From a virus (taxonomy: Duplodnaviria > Caudoviricetes), in IMG/VR virus record IMGVR_UViG_3300032225_000493, positions 1 through 37,978 of that record: a stretch of DNA of 37,978 nucleotides; one strand, 5' to 3'. The notes below the pieces were generated by a model. It saw only the letters and a program-made list of their open reading frames with translations. It was not told where the DNA came from and made no database searches. A program made the position numbers and the translations under genes. Below are positions 22,797 through 32,489 of the stretch, in pieces (within the stretch, counting starts at the first letter, position 1; the number at the start of each line of letters is the position of its first letter).

Positions 22797-24372
22797 AAAA
22801 CAAGAGATGGAGCAGAAAGAGGAGTACGACCTGTTTGTCAGGAGGATCACTCACGCATTAGGTTTATCACTGTTAGAGTCAGAGGCTGCTGCTAACAAGT
22901 TTTTTACACTACCATCGAACGAGCAAGCCGCTTACCTTGATGACCTTGATGCTCTTGAGGCGAGTCAACAGAGGGAAGAAGCCTTTGATGATTTTCTAAA
23001 GTTTGCCCATGCGATGTGGCCCGGGTTTATTAACGGACGCCACCATAAAGTAATGGCTAAGAAGTTTGAAGAGATTGCCACGGGGAAGATTAAACGCCTG
23101 ATCATCAATATGCCCCCTCGGCATACAAAGTCTGAGTTTGCTTCTTATATGCTGCCGGCTTGGTTTCTCGGAAGGGATCCAAGTAAGAAGATCATCCAGT
23201 GCTCTAACACTGCAGAACTCGCTGTAGGCTTTGGCCGTAAGGTTCGTAACTTAGTAGCCAGTGAGCCGTTCTCTAAGATTTTTCCCAATGTTAATCTGAG
23301 ATCTGACAGCAAAGCCGCTGGCCGTTGGTCTACGAATAAGAACGGAGAATACTTTGCGATTGGGGTTGGAGGTACAGTGACGGGAAAGGGTGCCGATCTT
23401 TTAATCATTGATGATCCCCACTCCGAACAAGAAGCCGCCTTGGCCCAAGGAGACAACTCTGTCTTTGATAAAGTCTATGAATGGTACACCTCTGGCCCCC
23501 GCCAACGACTCCAGCCGGGTGGTGCGATTATTGTTGTGATGACGCGCTGGGCTAAACGGGATCTGACTGGAAGAATCCTCCAATCTTCAATTGACAAAGA
23601 CGGAAATGACGATTGGGAGGTAATTGACTTTCCTGCAATCCTGCCTAGTGGTCTACCCTTATGGCCAGAGTATTGGAATTTAGAAGAACTCCACGCCTTA
23701 CAGTCTGAACTGCCTGCTTCTAAATGGAACGCCCAGTACCAACAGAGCCCGACCTCAGAGCAGGGCGCGATTGTTAAAAGGGAGTGGTGGAAGGAATGGA
23801 CAGCAGAAGACCCACCTAAGTGTGAGTTTGTAATTCAGTCTTGGGATACTGCGTTTACAAAGAACGAACGCTCTGACTATTCGGCCTGTACGACTTGGGG
23901 AGTGTTCTACCTAAACGAAAACCAGAATGATGCCAATGTGATTCTCTTGGATGCGTTTAAAAAGCGGATGGAGTTCCCAGAGTTAAAGGAGAAAGCCTTT
24001 AACCACTACAAAGAGTGGGAGCCAGATGCGTTTATTGTTGAGGCCAAGGCTTCTGGAGCTCCACTTATCTATGAATTAAGAGCAATGGGAATACCTGTTC
24101 AAGAGTTTACGCCATCTAGGGGTAATGATAAGATGGTCAGGATCAATTCTGTATCTGATTTATTTGCCAGTGGAAAAGTTTGGGCGCCACCTACGCGCTG
24201 GGCTGATGAGTTAATGGAAGAAATGGCTGCGTTTCCCAACTCAGACCACGATGACTTAGTTGACTCTTCTACGCAGGCTCTGATAAGGTTCAGAAAAGGC
24301 GGGTTTATACGCTTGCAGACGGACGAAGAGGACGAAGTTCGCTCGTTTAGACGCAAGGTTTCTTACTATTAA
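22786..24372 (+). CDS. terL: Terminase large subunit
   Basis: NMPPRHTKSE Walker A, LLIIDDP Walker B, SWDTA and HDDLVDS nuclease motifs. Confidence 0.95.
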   Translation: MVNKKQEMEQKEEYDLFVRRITHALGLSLLESEAAANKFFTLPSNEQAAYLDDLDALEASQQREEAFDDFLKFAHAMWPGFINGRHHKVMAKKFEEIATGKIKRLIINMPPRHTKSEFASYMLPAWFLGRDPSKKIIQCSNTAELAVGFGRKVRNLVASEPFSKIFPNVNLRSDSKAAGRWSTNKNGEYFAIGVGGTVTGKGADLLIIDDPHSEQEAALAQGDNSVFDKVYEWYTSGPRQRLQPGGAIIVVMTRWAKRDLTGRILQSSIDKDGNDDWEVIDFPAILPSGLPLWPEYWNLEELHALQSELPASKWNAQYQQSPTSEQGAIVKREWWKEWTAEDPPKCEFVIQSWDTAFTKNERSDYSACTTWGVFYLNENQNDANVILLDAFKKRMEFPELKEKAFNHYKEWEPDAFIVEAKASGAPLIYELRAMGIPVQEFTPSRGNDKMVRINSVSDLFASGKVWAPPTRWADELMEEMAAFPNSDHDDLVDSSTQALIRFRKGGFIRLQTDEEDEVRSFRRKVSYY

Positions 24373-24380
24373 GGATACAT

Positions 24381-26804
24381 ATGTCCATTGAAAAATCACT
24401 TTACGCCGCCCCAGAGGGTATTGAGTCCCTAATGCCTGATACTGAAGATGGCGGTATAGAAATTGAGATTGTTGACCCTGAGTCGGTCACAATTAACGCT
24501 GGTGATATGGAGATCACTATCAATGGTAGTGAAGAGGATGATTTTGACGCCAATTTAGTGGACTATTTAGACGACAGCATAGTCTCTAGCATCGTAACTG
24601 AGTTAATTGGCGACTATGACGATGACGTCAACTCCCGTAAAGACTGGATGCAGACCTATGTAGACGGTTTAGAGCTCTTAGGTATGAAGATTGAAGAGCG
24701 AGCCGACCCTTGGATTGGCGCTTGCGGTGTTTATCACCCCCTACTCTCAGAAGCTTTGGTTAAATTCCAAGCTGAAATTATGATGAGCACGTTTCCCGCC
24801 GCTGGTCCCGTAAAAACCCAGATCATTGGCAAAGAAACCCAAGAGAAAAAAGACGCCGCCACCCGTGTTTCTGATGATATGAACTATCAACTGACCGATG
24901 TGATGACGGAGTTCCGCCCAGAGCACGAAAGAATGGTCTGGGGACTGGGTCTTTCGGGTAACGCTTTTAAGAAAGTCTATTTTGACCCTAGCTTTGATAG
25001 ACAGACGTCTATTTTTGTACCGGCTGAAGATTTGGTTGTCCCTTATGGTGCGTCAGACATCCAAACATCCCCCCGTGTTACGCATGTTATGCGTAAAACA
25101 GAGAACGAGCTGCGTAAACTTCAGGTCGCAGGCTTCTATGCCGACATTGACTTGGGTGAACCCAACAACACGTTGGATGAAGTAGAGAAAAAGATTGCCG
25201 AGAAGATGGGATTCCGCGCTTTGTCGGATGATCGTTACAAAATCCTTGAGATGAACGTGGAGCTTGACCTTGAAGGGTACGAGCACACTGATAAAGAAGG
25301 TGAACCCACAGGAATTGCCCTACCCTATATTGTTACTGTCGAATATGGGAGCATGAAGTGTCTGGCTATTCGTAGAAACTGGAAGCAAGGCGACAAATTA
25401 CACACAAAACGTCAACATTACGTCCACTACGGCTACGTTCCCGGATTTGGTTTCTATTGTTTTGGTCTGATTCACTTAGTTGGCGCGTTTGCTAAGTCTG
25501 GTACATCAATCCTGCGTCAATTGGTGGACGCTGGTACTCTGGCCAACTTGCCCGGTGGCTTTAAGACCCGTGGACTCAGAGTTAAAGGTGACGACACACC
25601 AATCGGCCCAGCTGAGTGGCGCGATGTAGACGTACCTAGTGGGACTATTGCAGAGAACATCATGGCTCTGCCTTATAAAGAGCCATCACAGGTGTTGGCT
25701 GGTTTGTTAGACAAGATCGTAGAAGAAGGCCGTAAGTTTGCCTCTGCAGCTGACATACAAGTTGCCGATATGTCTGCAAATTCTCCCGTTGGTACGACAC
25801 TGGCCATCTTAGAGCGACAGCTTAAGGTAATGACCGCTGTACAAGCTCGCATTCACTATTCTTTTAAGCAAGAGCTGGCTTTGTTAAGAGACATTATTCG
25901 TGAGTACACACCACCCGAGTATTCTTACGAGCCAGAAGAAGGATCCCGCAAAGCCAAACAGTCTGACTATGACTTAGTTGATGTGATCCCTGTAAGCGAT
26001 CCCAACGCGGCCACGATGGCGCAAAAGATTGTTCAGTATCAAGCGGTAATTCAGCTGTCCCAACAAGCGCCTCAGATCTATGACTTACCACAGTTACACA
26101 GACAGATGCTTGATGTCTTAGGAATCAAACACGCTGATAAGTTAGTGCCGTTACCTGATGATCAAACTCCTAAAGATCCAATCAGCGAGAACATGGCTGC
26201 ACTAAAGGGCGAGCCAATGAAGGCGTTTATTTACCAAGACCAACAAGCCCACATTGCTACGCACCAGACGTTTATGCAAGACCCATTGATCCAAAAGACG
26301 ATTGGTCAAAACCCGATGGCCAACCAAATCATGGCGGCTATGCAAGCACACATTGCAGAACACTTAGGCTTCCATTATCGTCAGTTGATAGAGAAGCAAA
26401 TGGGCGTACCGTTGCCCGGCCCAGAGGAGAAATTGCCAGAGGATGTGGAAGTGCAGCTGTCGCAGCTCATTGCACAGGCAAGCGCTCAGTTACTGCAGGC
26501 CAACCAAGCACAAGCCCAGCAAGCTCAAGCAGCACAGCAGGCACAAGATCCTTTGATTCAGATGCAACAGCAAGAGTTGCAAATTAAGAGTCAAGATGCA
26601 CAGCGTAAAGCTCAGAAGGATGCTACTGACGCTCAACTTAAACAATCACAGCAACAGATTGAACGTGAACGTATTGCTACTCAGAAAGAGATTGATATGG
26701 CGCGGATCCAAGCTTCGGTGCAGAAGGACCAGCAGAATTTGGCTCAAGATGCACAGGCCGAGAAAAACAAACTCTTGGCTGAAATCATGAGGAACAAACA
26801 ATGA
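24381..26804 (+). CDS. Portal protein (P22-like, long Gln-rich barrel)
   Basis: 807 aa directly after TerL; HPLLSEALVKFQAE, GNAFKKVYFD, LVDAGTLANLPGGFK; Q-rich C-terminus. Confidence 0.9.
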   Translation: MSIEKSLYAAPEGIESLMPDTEDGGIEIEIVDPESVTINAGDMEITINGSEEDDFDANLVDYLDDSIVSSIVTELIGDYDDDVNSRKDWMQTYVDGLELLGMKIEERADPWIGACGVYHPLLSEALVKFQAEIMMSTFPAAGPVKTQIIGKETQEKKDAATRVSDDMNYQLTDVMTEFRPEHERMVWGLGLSGNAFKKVYFDPSFDRQTSIFVPAEDLVVPYGASDIQTSPRVTHVMRKTENELRKLQVAGFYADIDLGEPNNTLDEVEKKIAEKMGFRALSDDRYKILEMNVELDLEGYEHTDKEGEPTGIALPYIVTVEYGSMKCLAIRRNWKQGDKLHTKRQHYVHYGYVPGFGFYCFGLIHLVGAFAKSGTSILRQLVDAGTLANLPGGFKTRGLRVKGDDTPIGPAEWRDVDVPSGTIAENIMALPYKEPSQVLAGLLDKIVEEGRKFASAADIQVADMSANSPVGTTLAILERQLKVMTAVQARIHYSFKQELALLRDIIREYTPPEYSYEPEEGSRKAKQSDYDLVDVIPVSDPNAATMAQKIVQYQAVIQLSQQAPQIYDLPQLHRQMLDVLGIKHADKLVPLPDDQTPKDPISENMAALKGEPMKAFIYQDQQAHIATHQTFMQDPLIQKTIGQNPMANQIMAAMQAHIAEHLGFHYRQLIEKQMGVPLPGPEEKLPEDVEVQLSQLIAQASAQLLQANQAQAQQAQAAQQAQDPLIQMQQQELQIKSQDAQRKAQKDATDAQLKQSQQQIERERIATQKEIDMARIQASVQKDQQNLAQDAQAEKNKLLAEIMRNKQ

Positions 26805-27001
26805 TTGACAAGTATTTAAAACTTCTAGCTTCAAAGATAGATGACAAGGTATCCCAACTTCAAATGTCAATAGCCGATGGCAAGGCTGATGATTATGCGG
26901 AGTACAAGAAGATGTGTGGAGAGGTTAAAGGTCTACTCACTGCACGTTTATACATCATAGACCTACAGGAAAGAGTAACGAACGATGACGATGACGAGTG
27001 A
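26801..27001 (+). CDS. Small head-module protein
   Basis: DYAEYKKMCGEVKGL; lies between portal and GroES-like genes. Confidence 0.75.
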   Translation: MIDKYLKLLASKIDDKVSQLQMSIADGKADDYAEYKKMCGEVKGLLTARLYIIDLQERVTNDDDDE

Positions 27002-27404
27002 GATTTCAAGTCTCGACATAACCAAGGCCGTGGATTTATCCAAGATCTTGAACAAACCAGAGGAGAAGGCTAAACAACTTCCCCGCCCATCTGGTTACAG
27101 AATTCTTTGTGCTATCCCAGAGATAGAGAAAGAATACGGAGAGTCCGGACTCGTAAAAGCGGATGAAACTATCATGATTGAAGAAACCCTGACTACTGTG
27201 TTATTCGTAGTAGACATGGGCCCAGATTGCTATAAGGACAAAAGCCGATTCCCATCCGGCCCGTACTGCAAAAAGGGTGACTTTATCTTGATTAGACCCA
27301 ACTCAGGAACCCGACTGGTCATTCACGGCAAAGAATTCCGTGTGATCAATGACGATTCTGTTGAGGGAATAGTAGACGATCCACGCGGTATACGCCGTAA
27401 ATAA
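26985..27404 (+). CDS. groES: GroES-like co-chaperonin
   Basis: PSGYRIL, ESGLVKAD mobile loop, MGPDCY, KKGDFIL, GKEFRVINDDSVEGIV. Confidence 0.8.
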   Translation: MTMTSEISSLDITKAVDLSKILNKPEEKAKQLPRPSGYRILCAIPEIEKEYGESGLVKADETIMIEETLTTVLFVVDMGPDCYKDKSRFPSGPYCKKGDFILIRPNSGTRLVIHGKEFRVINDDSVEGIVDDPRGIRRK

Positions 27405-27412
27405 GGAGCGAC

Positions 27413-28354
27413 ATGAGCACATTTAAATTTCCAGATGAACTGGATGACGTAAAAGTCACCAATGAAGATGATCAAACTGATGAACAAATCATCATTGATG
27501 TAGAAGACAACACGCCTGCGGAGGACCGCAATAAGCCTCCCATGGAAGAAAAGGCCAAAGAGGAACTCTATAACGATGAGTTAGAGGACTACTCTACCAA
27601 AGTTAAGAAGAAACTAATCCAGATGAAGCGTCTGGCTCACGAAGAACGCCGTGAGAAAGATAACGCTATACGGGAGCAGCAAGAAGCTATTAATTTTGCT
27701 CAGAAAATGATGCAAGAGAACCAGCGTCTTAAGTCCAACCTCAATAACAGTGAGAAGAACGTGCTTGCCACGGTTCAAAAAGCTGTTGCTATGGAGATGG
27801 AGGCGGCCAAGCGCGCTTATCGTGAAGCCTACGACTCTGGCGACACTGATAAAGTAATGGACGCACAGGAAAAGCTGACTCAAGCAACGTTAAAGTCGGA
27901 AAAAGTAAAGAATTTTCGACCACCTGCTTTACAAGAGGAAGAAACTCCTGTACAAATGCAATCACAGCCGGCACCACAGTTCCGTCCTGACCCCAGCGCG
28001 CAAGCATGGCAACAGGAAAATCAGTGGTTCGGAGAAGATGAAGAGATGACCAGCTTGGCTCTTGGGCTCCATGAAAAGCTCAAGCGCGAAGGTGTTCAGG
28101 TTTCATCACAAGAGTACTATCGTAAGATTGACGCCACTATCCGCAGGCGGTTCCCAGAGAAATTTGAGGAAGAAGCGGAACAAAATGAGCGCCCAGTCGC
28201 TCGCAAAAGCTCGGTGGTAGCACCGGCTACAAGGTCAACATCTCCTAAGAGGGTTCGTTTGAATCCATCTGAAATGAGTCTGGCCAAAAAACTTAATTTA
28301 ACGCCCGAGCAATATGCCAAGGCGAAACTCGAAATGGAGGCCAATAATGGCTGA
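27413..28354 (+). CDS. Probable capsid scaffolding protein
   Basis: Acidic coiled coil; C-terminal VRLNPSEMSLAKKLNLTPEQYAK; position in the head module. Confidence 0.7.
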   Translation: MSTFKFPDELDDVKVTNEDDQTDEQIIIDVEDNTPAEDRNKPPMEEKAKEELYNDELEDYSTKVKKKLIQMKRLAHEERREKDNAIREQQEAINFAQKMMQENQRLKSNLNNSEKNVLATVQKAVAMEMEAAKRAYREAYDSGDTDKVMDAQEKLTQATLKSEKVKNFRPPALQEEETPVQMQSQPAPQFRPDPSAQAWQQENQWFGEDEEMTSLALGLHEKLKREGVQVSSQEYYRKIDATIRRRFPEKFEEEAEQNERPVARKSSVVAPATRSTSPKRVRLNPSEMSLAKKLNLTPEQYAKAKLEMEANNG

Positions 28355-28796
28355 AAACAGAAAACCGCGTGAACTTGAAGATAGATTGATGGCAGAACGC
28401 CCCAAGCAGTGGCAGCAGCCTGAACTTCTACCTGAACCAGATAGGCACCCGGACTACGCATACCGTTGGATTCGTGTTTCTAATTTGAACACAGCTGACC
28501 CCCGTAACCTTTCAAGCAAATTGCGCGAAGGATGGGAGCCAGTTGCACTAGAAGAGCAACCCAAATTCAAACTGCTAGCCGATCCAGCAAGTCGATACAA
28601 AGACAATGTTGAGATTGGCGGATTGTTACTCTGTAAGACTCCAAAAGAGTTTGTGGAACAACGCAATGCACACTTTGCGAAAGTAACACAGGCCCAAACG
28701 GAAGCTGTAGACAACAATCTAATGCGTCAAAGTGATGCGCGGATGCCGCTTTTCAAAGAAAGCAAATCCTCGTCTAGCTTTGGCAAAGGTACTTAA
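28347..28796 (+). CDS. Head-module hypothetical protein
   Basis: YRWIRVS..KLREGWEPV..GGLLLCK; start re-assigned to ATG 28347 (GGAGG RBS). Confidence 0.75.
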   Translation: MAENRKPRELEDRLMAERPKQWQQPELLPEPDRHPDYAYRWIRVSNLNTADPRNLSSKLREGWEPVALEEQPKFKLLADPASRYKDNVEIGGLLLCKTPKEFVEQRNAHFAKVTQAQTEAVDNNLMRQSDARMPLFKESKSSSSFGKGT

Positions 28797-28816
28797 ATCT
28801 TTTTTAGGAGTCTTAA

Positions 28817-29641
28817 ATGGCTTATCCCGTTATCGCGGCCCCTTACGGCCTAAAACCGATCAATCTGATCGGAGGTCAGGTATTTGCGGGTTCTACTCGT
28901 GATTACCCGATCACTAACGGTTACTCTACGAACATTTTCTACGGCGATTACGTAGGTTTGTCTCGTGGTGAAATCGTGCGTCTGTCTGTGTCTACTGGCA
29001 CAGCAGGCAATCAAACAGGCATCTTTTTAGGATGCCGTTATACAAACCCTGTCACTAAACAGTTGACCTTCTCGCAATACTGGCCCGCATCCACTGCGGC
29101 TGGTGATGCAGTAGCTATTGTTGCTGACGATCCTGACCAAGTGTTCAAGGGTGTTGTTTGTTCTGCTACTACCGCTGTTGCTTCTGGCGCTCGCGCTATG
29201 ATTGGTCAAAATTTGGCCATGATTAACAACACAGGTAGCACTGCAACTGGCAATTCTAAGAATGCTATTCTTGCACCTAGTGCAACACCCGCTACTACTT
29301 CGTCTTTGCCCGTTCGCGTGCTTGGCTTAGTGACTGATACGGCTGTTTCGCTTGGAACTGCAACGTACTCCAGCATTTCTACCGCTACCGTAACTTGCTC
29401 GGCTTTGCCAAGCGCGTTGGTTGTTGGTACAGACGTTGGCTCGTTGGACTCTAACGGAAACTACGTTTCTGCGGGTTCTTTTGTTACCACCGCAGCAGCT
29501 GCCGGTGCTACAACGTTTGTTTTGAATCAAGCTCCTGTTGCTACACTGAACAGCACTATTGTGTTCATGCAGTACCCAGAGATCTTAGTCAAGATCAACT
29601 TTGGTCAGCACCAGTATTATGCTGGCACCAGCATTGCTTAA
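28817..29641 (+). CDS. Probable capsid decoration/cement protein
   Basis: APYGLKPI, NIFYGD, VADDPD; beta-rich; immediately upstream of the major capsid gene. Confidence 0.65.
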   Translation: MAYPVIAAPYGLKPINLIGGQVFAGSTRDYPITNGYSTNIFYGDYVGLSRGEIVRLSVSTGTAGNQTGIFLGCRYTNPVTKQLTFSQYWPASTAAGDAVAIVADDPDQVFKGVVCSATTAVASGARAMIGQNLAMINNTGSTATGNSKNAILAPSATPATTSSLPVRVLGLVTDTAVSLGTATYSSISTATVTCSALPSALVVGTDVGSLDSNGNYVSAGSFVTTAAAAGATTFVLNQAPVATLNSTIVFMQYPEILVKINFGQHQYYAGTSIA

Positions 29642-29654
29642 GGAGTAACTTAAA

Positions 29655-30563
29655 ATGGCAATTTCACGCGCACAACTACTTAAAGAGTTGCTTCCCGGCC
29701 TGAACGCTTTGTTCGGCTTGCAGTATGCAACTTACGATCAAGAACACAAAGAAATCTACGAAACAGAGACTTCTGAGCGTTCTTTTGAAGAAGAAACCAA
29801 GCTATCTGGCTTCTCAGCTGCACCAGTCAAGAACGAGGGCTCTGCCATCGCTTATGACAATGCACAAGAGGCATGGACAGCTCGCTATAACCACGAAACC
29901 ATTGCTTTGGGCTTCAGTTTGACTGAAGAGGCTATTGAGGACAACCTCTATGACTCTTTGTCAGCTCGCTATACCAAAGGTTTGGCCCGTGCTATGGCTT
30001 ACACCAAGCAAGTTAAAGGTGCTGCTGTTTTAAATAACGGTTTCTCTAGCGCTTATGTTGGTGGTGACGGCGTTTCTTTGTTTAACTCTGCACACCCTTT
30101 GGTGTCTGGTGGTACTAACAGCAACATCCCTGCTACAGCTGCTGACTTGAACGAGACTTCTTTAGAAGCCGCCGTTATTCAAATTAGCTTGTGGACAGAC
30201 GAGCGTGGCTTGTTGATCGCTGCTAAACCCAAGAAGTTGATTGTTCCTACATCATTGCAATTTGTTGCAACACGTTTGTTGGATACAGAACTCCGCGTTG
30301 GTACAACCGACAACGACATCAACGCATTGAAGAACAATGGTTCCATCCCTGATGGTTACGCCATTAACCACTTCTTGACCGACACAAACGGCTGGTTCTT
30401 GACCACCGATGTTCCTAACGGCATGAAGCACTTTGTTCGTTCACCCTTGTCTAACAGCATGGACGGCGACTTCGATACAGGTAACGTTCGTTACAAGTCT
30501 CGCGAGCGTTATTCATTCGGCTGGTCTGATCCTTTGGGTATGTACGGCTCTGCTGGTGCTTAA
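29655..30563 (+). CDS. Major capsid protein (HK97 fold, Mu gpT-like)
   Basis: MAISRAQLLKELLPGLNALFG..SERSFEEE..DFDTGNVRYKSRERYSFGWSDP; strong RBS, followed by a terminator. Confidence 0.9.
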   Translation: MAISRAQLLKELLPGLNALFGLQYATYDQEHKEIYETETSERSFEEETKLSGFSAAPVKNEGSAIAYDNAQEAWTARYNHETIALGFSLTEEAIEDNLYDSLSARYTKGLARAMAYTKQVKGAAVLNNGFSSAYVGGDGVSLFNSAHPLVSGGTNSNIPATAADLNETSLEAAVIQISLWTDERGLLIAAKPKKLIVPTSLQFVATRLLDTELRVGTTDNDINALKNNGSIPDGYAINHFLTDTNGWFLTTDVPNGMKHFVRSPLSNSMDGDFDTGNVRYKSRERYSFGWSDPLGMYGSAGA

Positions 30564-30583
30564 TATTTCTTAGGAAATATTTG

Positions 30584-30615
30584 AAGGGGGGCCTTGTGCC
30601 CCCTTTTATTTTGTT
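30584..30615 (+). terminator. Rho-independent terminator after the capsid gene, overlapping a possible promoter
   Basis: AAGGGGG..CCCCCTT plus T-rich tail; TTGTGC-N17-TATATT (30594-30622) overlaps it. Confidence 0.75.
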
Positions 30616-30631
30616 GTATATTGTTCTTAAT

Positions 30632-30699
30632 CCGGGCTTTCCGGTGCATCAAACAGTCCCGGCTGACGACATACAGATTGATGCACTTAACTTGTATGT
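30632..30699 (+). ncRNA. Candidate double-pseudoknot cis-regulatory RNA
   Basis: Three interleaved stems: CCGGG/CCCGG, GTGCATCAA/TTGATGCAC, ACATACAG/TTGTATGT; abuts the RBS. Confidence 0.55.
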
Positions 30700-30710
30700 A
30701 AGGAATTATC

Positions 30711-31175
30711 ATGGGATTCGCAACTCACCTTGGCCCTTGGCTGCTTGGTACAACCAAAAATACCACTGGCACAACAGCCGCTACAACACGTAACACTGGC
30801 TGCACAGTAGTTTCTCAATCTTCTGACGTTGTGTTTGGCACATTGACCGGCAACGCTATTGCTGTCCCTGCTGGTTCACAAATCATCGACGTTAAAGTTG
30901 TTACAACTACCGTTTTTAGTGCAGCTACAACCTGCAAATTGAGCATTGGTGGTACAGACTTTACTACCACAGGCACTATTACTAGTGTGGGTAGCGTGGC
31001 TTTGGGCGCTAACGCAACAACCCCCGGTGGTTGGTTGAATGTTGGTTCAACAGACACATTTATTACTTATACATTGGCTGGTACTTCCTTGACCACTGGC
31101 GCTGCAACTATTGTTATCACTTACGCAGTGCGCGATTCAAGTGGTAATCAATCCCAACCTGCCCAACAACAGTAA
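30711..31175 (+). CDS. Virion structural protein
   Basis: Thr/Gly-rich beta protein; VPAGSQIIDV motif. Confidence 0.75.
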   Translation: MGFATHLGPWLLGTTKNTTGTTAATTRNTGCTVVSQSSDVVFGTLTGNAIAVPAGSQIIDVKVVTTTVFSAATTCKLSIGGTDFTTTGTITSVGSVALGANATTPGGWLNVGSTDTFITYTLAGTSLTTGAATIVITYAVRDSSGNQSQPAQQQ

Positions 31176-31181
31176 TTGATC

Positions 31182-31205
31182 TAGGGGGCTTCGGCCCCTA
31201 TTTTT
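31182..31205 (+). terminator. Terminator with a C(UUCG)G tetraloop
   Basis: GGGGC-TTCG-GCCCC followed by TATTTTT. Confidence 0.7.
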
Positions 31206-31218
31206 AAGGAGATTAATT

Positions 31219-31512
31219 ATGATGCAAACAGACGTAAAAGCGGCGCATTTGAGCGCGGCGGGTTCTTTTATATCAGGGCGAACACGCCTTAGAGGTATTG
31301 TGGTTAGCCCCAAGGTAACTACCGCAGCAACATTTGAAATTCGTGATGGCAGCGCCACTGCTGCTGTGTTGTTTACAATGGATATTGCCAGTGTAGCTAC
31401 ACCTGTAAATTTTAATATCACAATACCCGGCGAAGGTATTTTGGCATCTACAGGACTGTACTTAACAACCAGCGTAGGAACTGTTGTAGGTATTGAAGTG
31501 TTCTATGGCTAA
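31219..31512 (+). CDS. Small virion structural protein
   Basis: MQTDVKAAH..IPGEGIL..VFYG. Confidence 0.75.
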   Translation: MMQTDVKAAHLSAAGSFISGRTRLRGIVVSPKVTTAATFEIRDGSATAAVLFTMDIASVATPVNFNITIPGEGILASTGLYLTTSVGTVVGIEVFYG

Positions 31513-31759
31513 GAAAGCCCCATCCCTTGCAATTGGTCGTGGCGAGAAGCTACCCGCTTCCAAGGGGGCTGGTCTGACTGCCAAAGGCCGCGCTAAGTAC
31601 AATGCTGCTACGGGTAGTAACCTTAAGGCCCCACAGCCACAAGGTGGTAAACGCAAAGACTCGTTCTGCGCGCGTATGTCTGGCGTACCCGGCCCAATGA
31701 AAGACGAGAAGGGTAAGCCCACCCGTAAAGCGGCTGCTCTTGCGAGGTGGAAATGCTAG
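31505..31759 (+). CDS. Small basic protein
   Basis: GAGLTAKGRAKYN..RKDSFCARM..ALARWKC. Confidence 0.75.
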   Translation: MAKKAPSLAIGRGEKLPASKGAGLTAKGRAKYNAATGSNLKAPQPQGGKRKDSFCARMSGVPGPMKDEKGKPTRKAAALARWKC

Positions 31760-31995
31760 ATCTCAATACAGTATGGTCTGCCACATTAACATTGTTAGTA
31801 ACAGTCATGGCTTACATCCTTAACGAAAAGTTTAGGGAGTTGGCCCGCATTAGCATATTGCTTAACAAAACCCGTGAGGAGGTTGCCCGTGATAACGTTA
31901 CTCAAACAGAAATTGACCGTATTACAACTCACATTGACCAACGCTTTAACAAGCTTGAAGAAAAAATTGACCAGCTTATTCGGCAGGGGAGATAA
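31753..31995 (+). CDS. Small membrane-anchored coiled-coil protein
   Basis: N-terminal transmembrane segment; RFNKLEEKIDQL. Confidence 0.7.
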   Translation: MLDLNTVWSATLTLLVTVMAYILNEKFRELARISILLNKTREEVARDNVTQTEIDRITTHIDQRFNKLEEKIDQLIRQGR

Positions 31996-32480
31996 TGATG
32001 CCGAGCACAAGTAAAAAGCAGCACAATTTCATGGAAGCGATTGCACATTCGCCATCGTTCGCCAAGAAAGCAGGAGTCCCACAGTCCGTGGGAAAAGACT
32101 TTGCAAAGGCCGATAAAGGCCATAAATTTAAAGGTGGCGGTATGGCAACAAAGATGAAAATGTTTGAGAAATCAGGCAAAGACATGGAAAAAGGTATGCG
32201 TGAAGGCTCTAAAGCTGACATGGCTATGGACAAAAAGCAAATGATGGGCATGAAAAAAGGCGGTATGGCTGAAGGCGGTATGTCTGACAAAGCTCAAGAC
32301 AAAGCCATGATTAAGAAAGCCTTCAAACAGCACGATGCTCAAGAACACAAAGGCGGCAAGGGCACATCCTTGAAGCTGGCTAAAGGTGGAACGTTCCGCG
32401 CGTCTGCTAATGGAGTTGCTCAACGTGGCAAAACCAAAGGCACTCAGATTAAAATGTCTATGGGCGGCAAAGCCTGTTAA
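31995..32480 (+). CDS. Lys/Gly/Met-rich basic protein
   Basis: Repeated xxxGG motifs; C-terminal GVAQRGKTKG. Confidence 0.75.
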   Translation: MMPSTSKKQHNFMEAIAHSPSFAKKAGVPQSVGKDFAKADKGHKFKGGGMATKMKMFEKSGKDMEKGMREGSKADMAMDKKQMMGMKKGGMAEGGMSDKAQDKAMIKKAFKQHDAQEHKGGKGTSLKLAKGGTFRASANGVAQRGKTKGTQIKMSMGGKAC

Positions 32481-32489
32481 GGAGCAATC

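Noticed and set aside
30663-30703. Hammerhead ribozyme suggested by CTGACGA
   Set aside because: The stem after CUGACGA is followed by UAAG rather than the required GAAA, and stems I and III cannot be built.
31753-31995. Holin call for the small membrane protein
   Set aside because: It has a single transmembrane segment and no adjacent endolysin in the window, so it is left as hypothetical.
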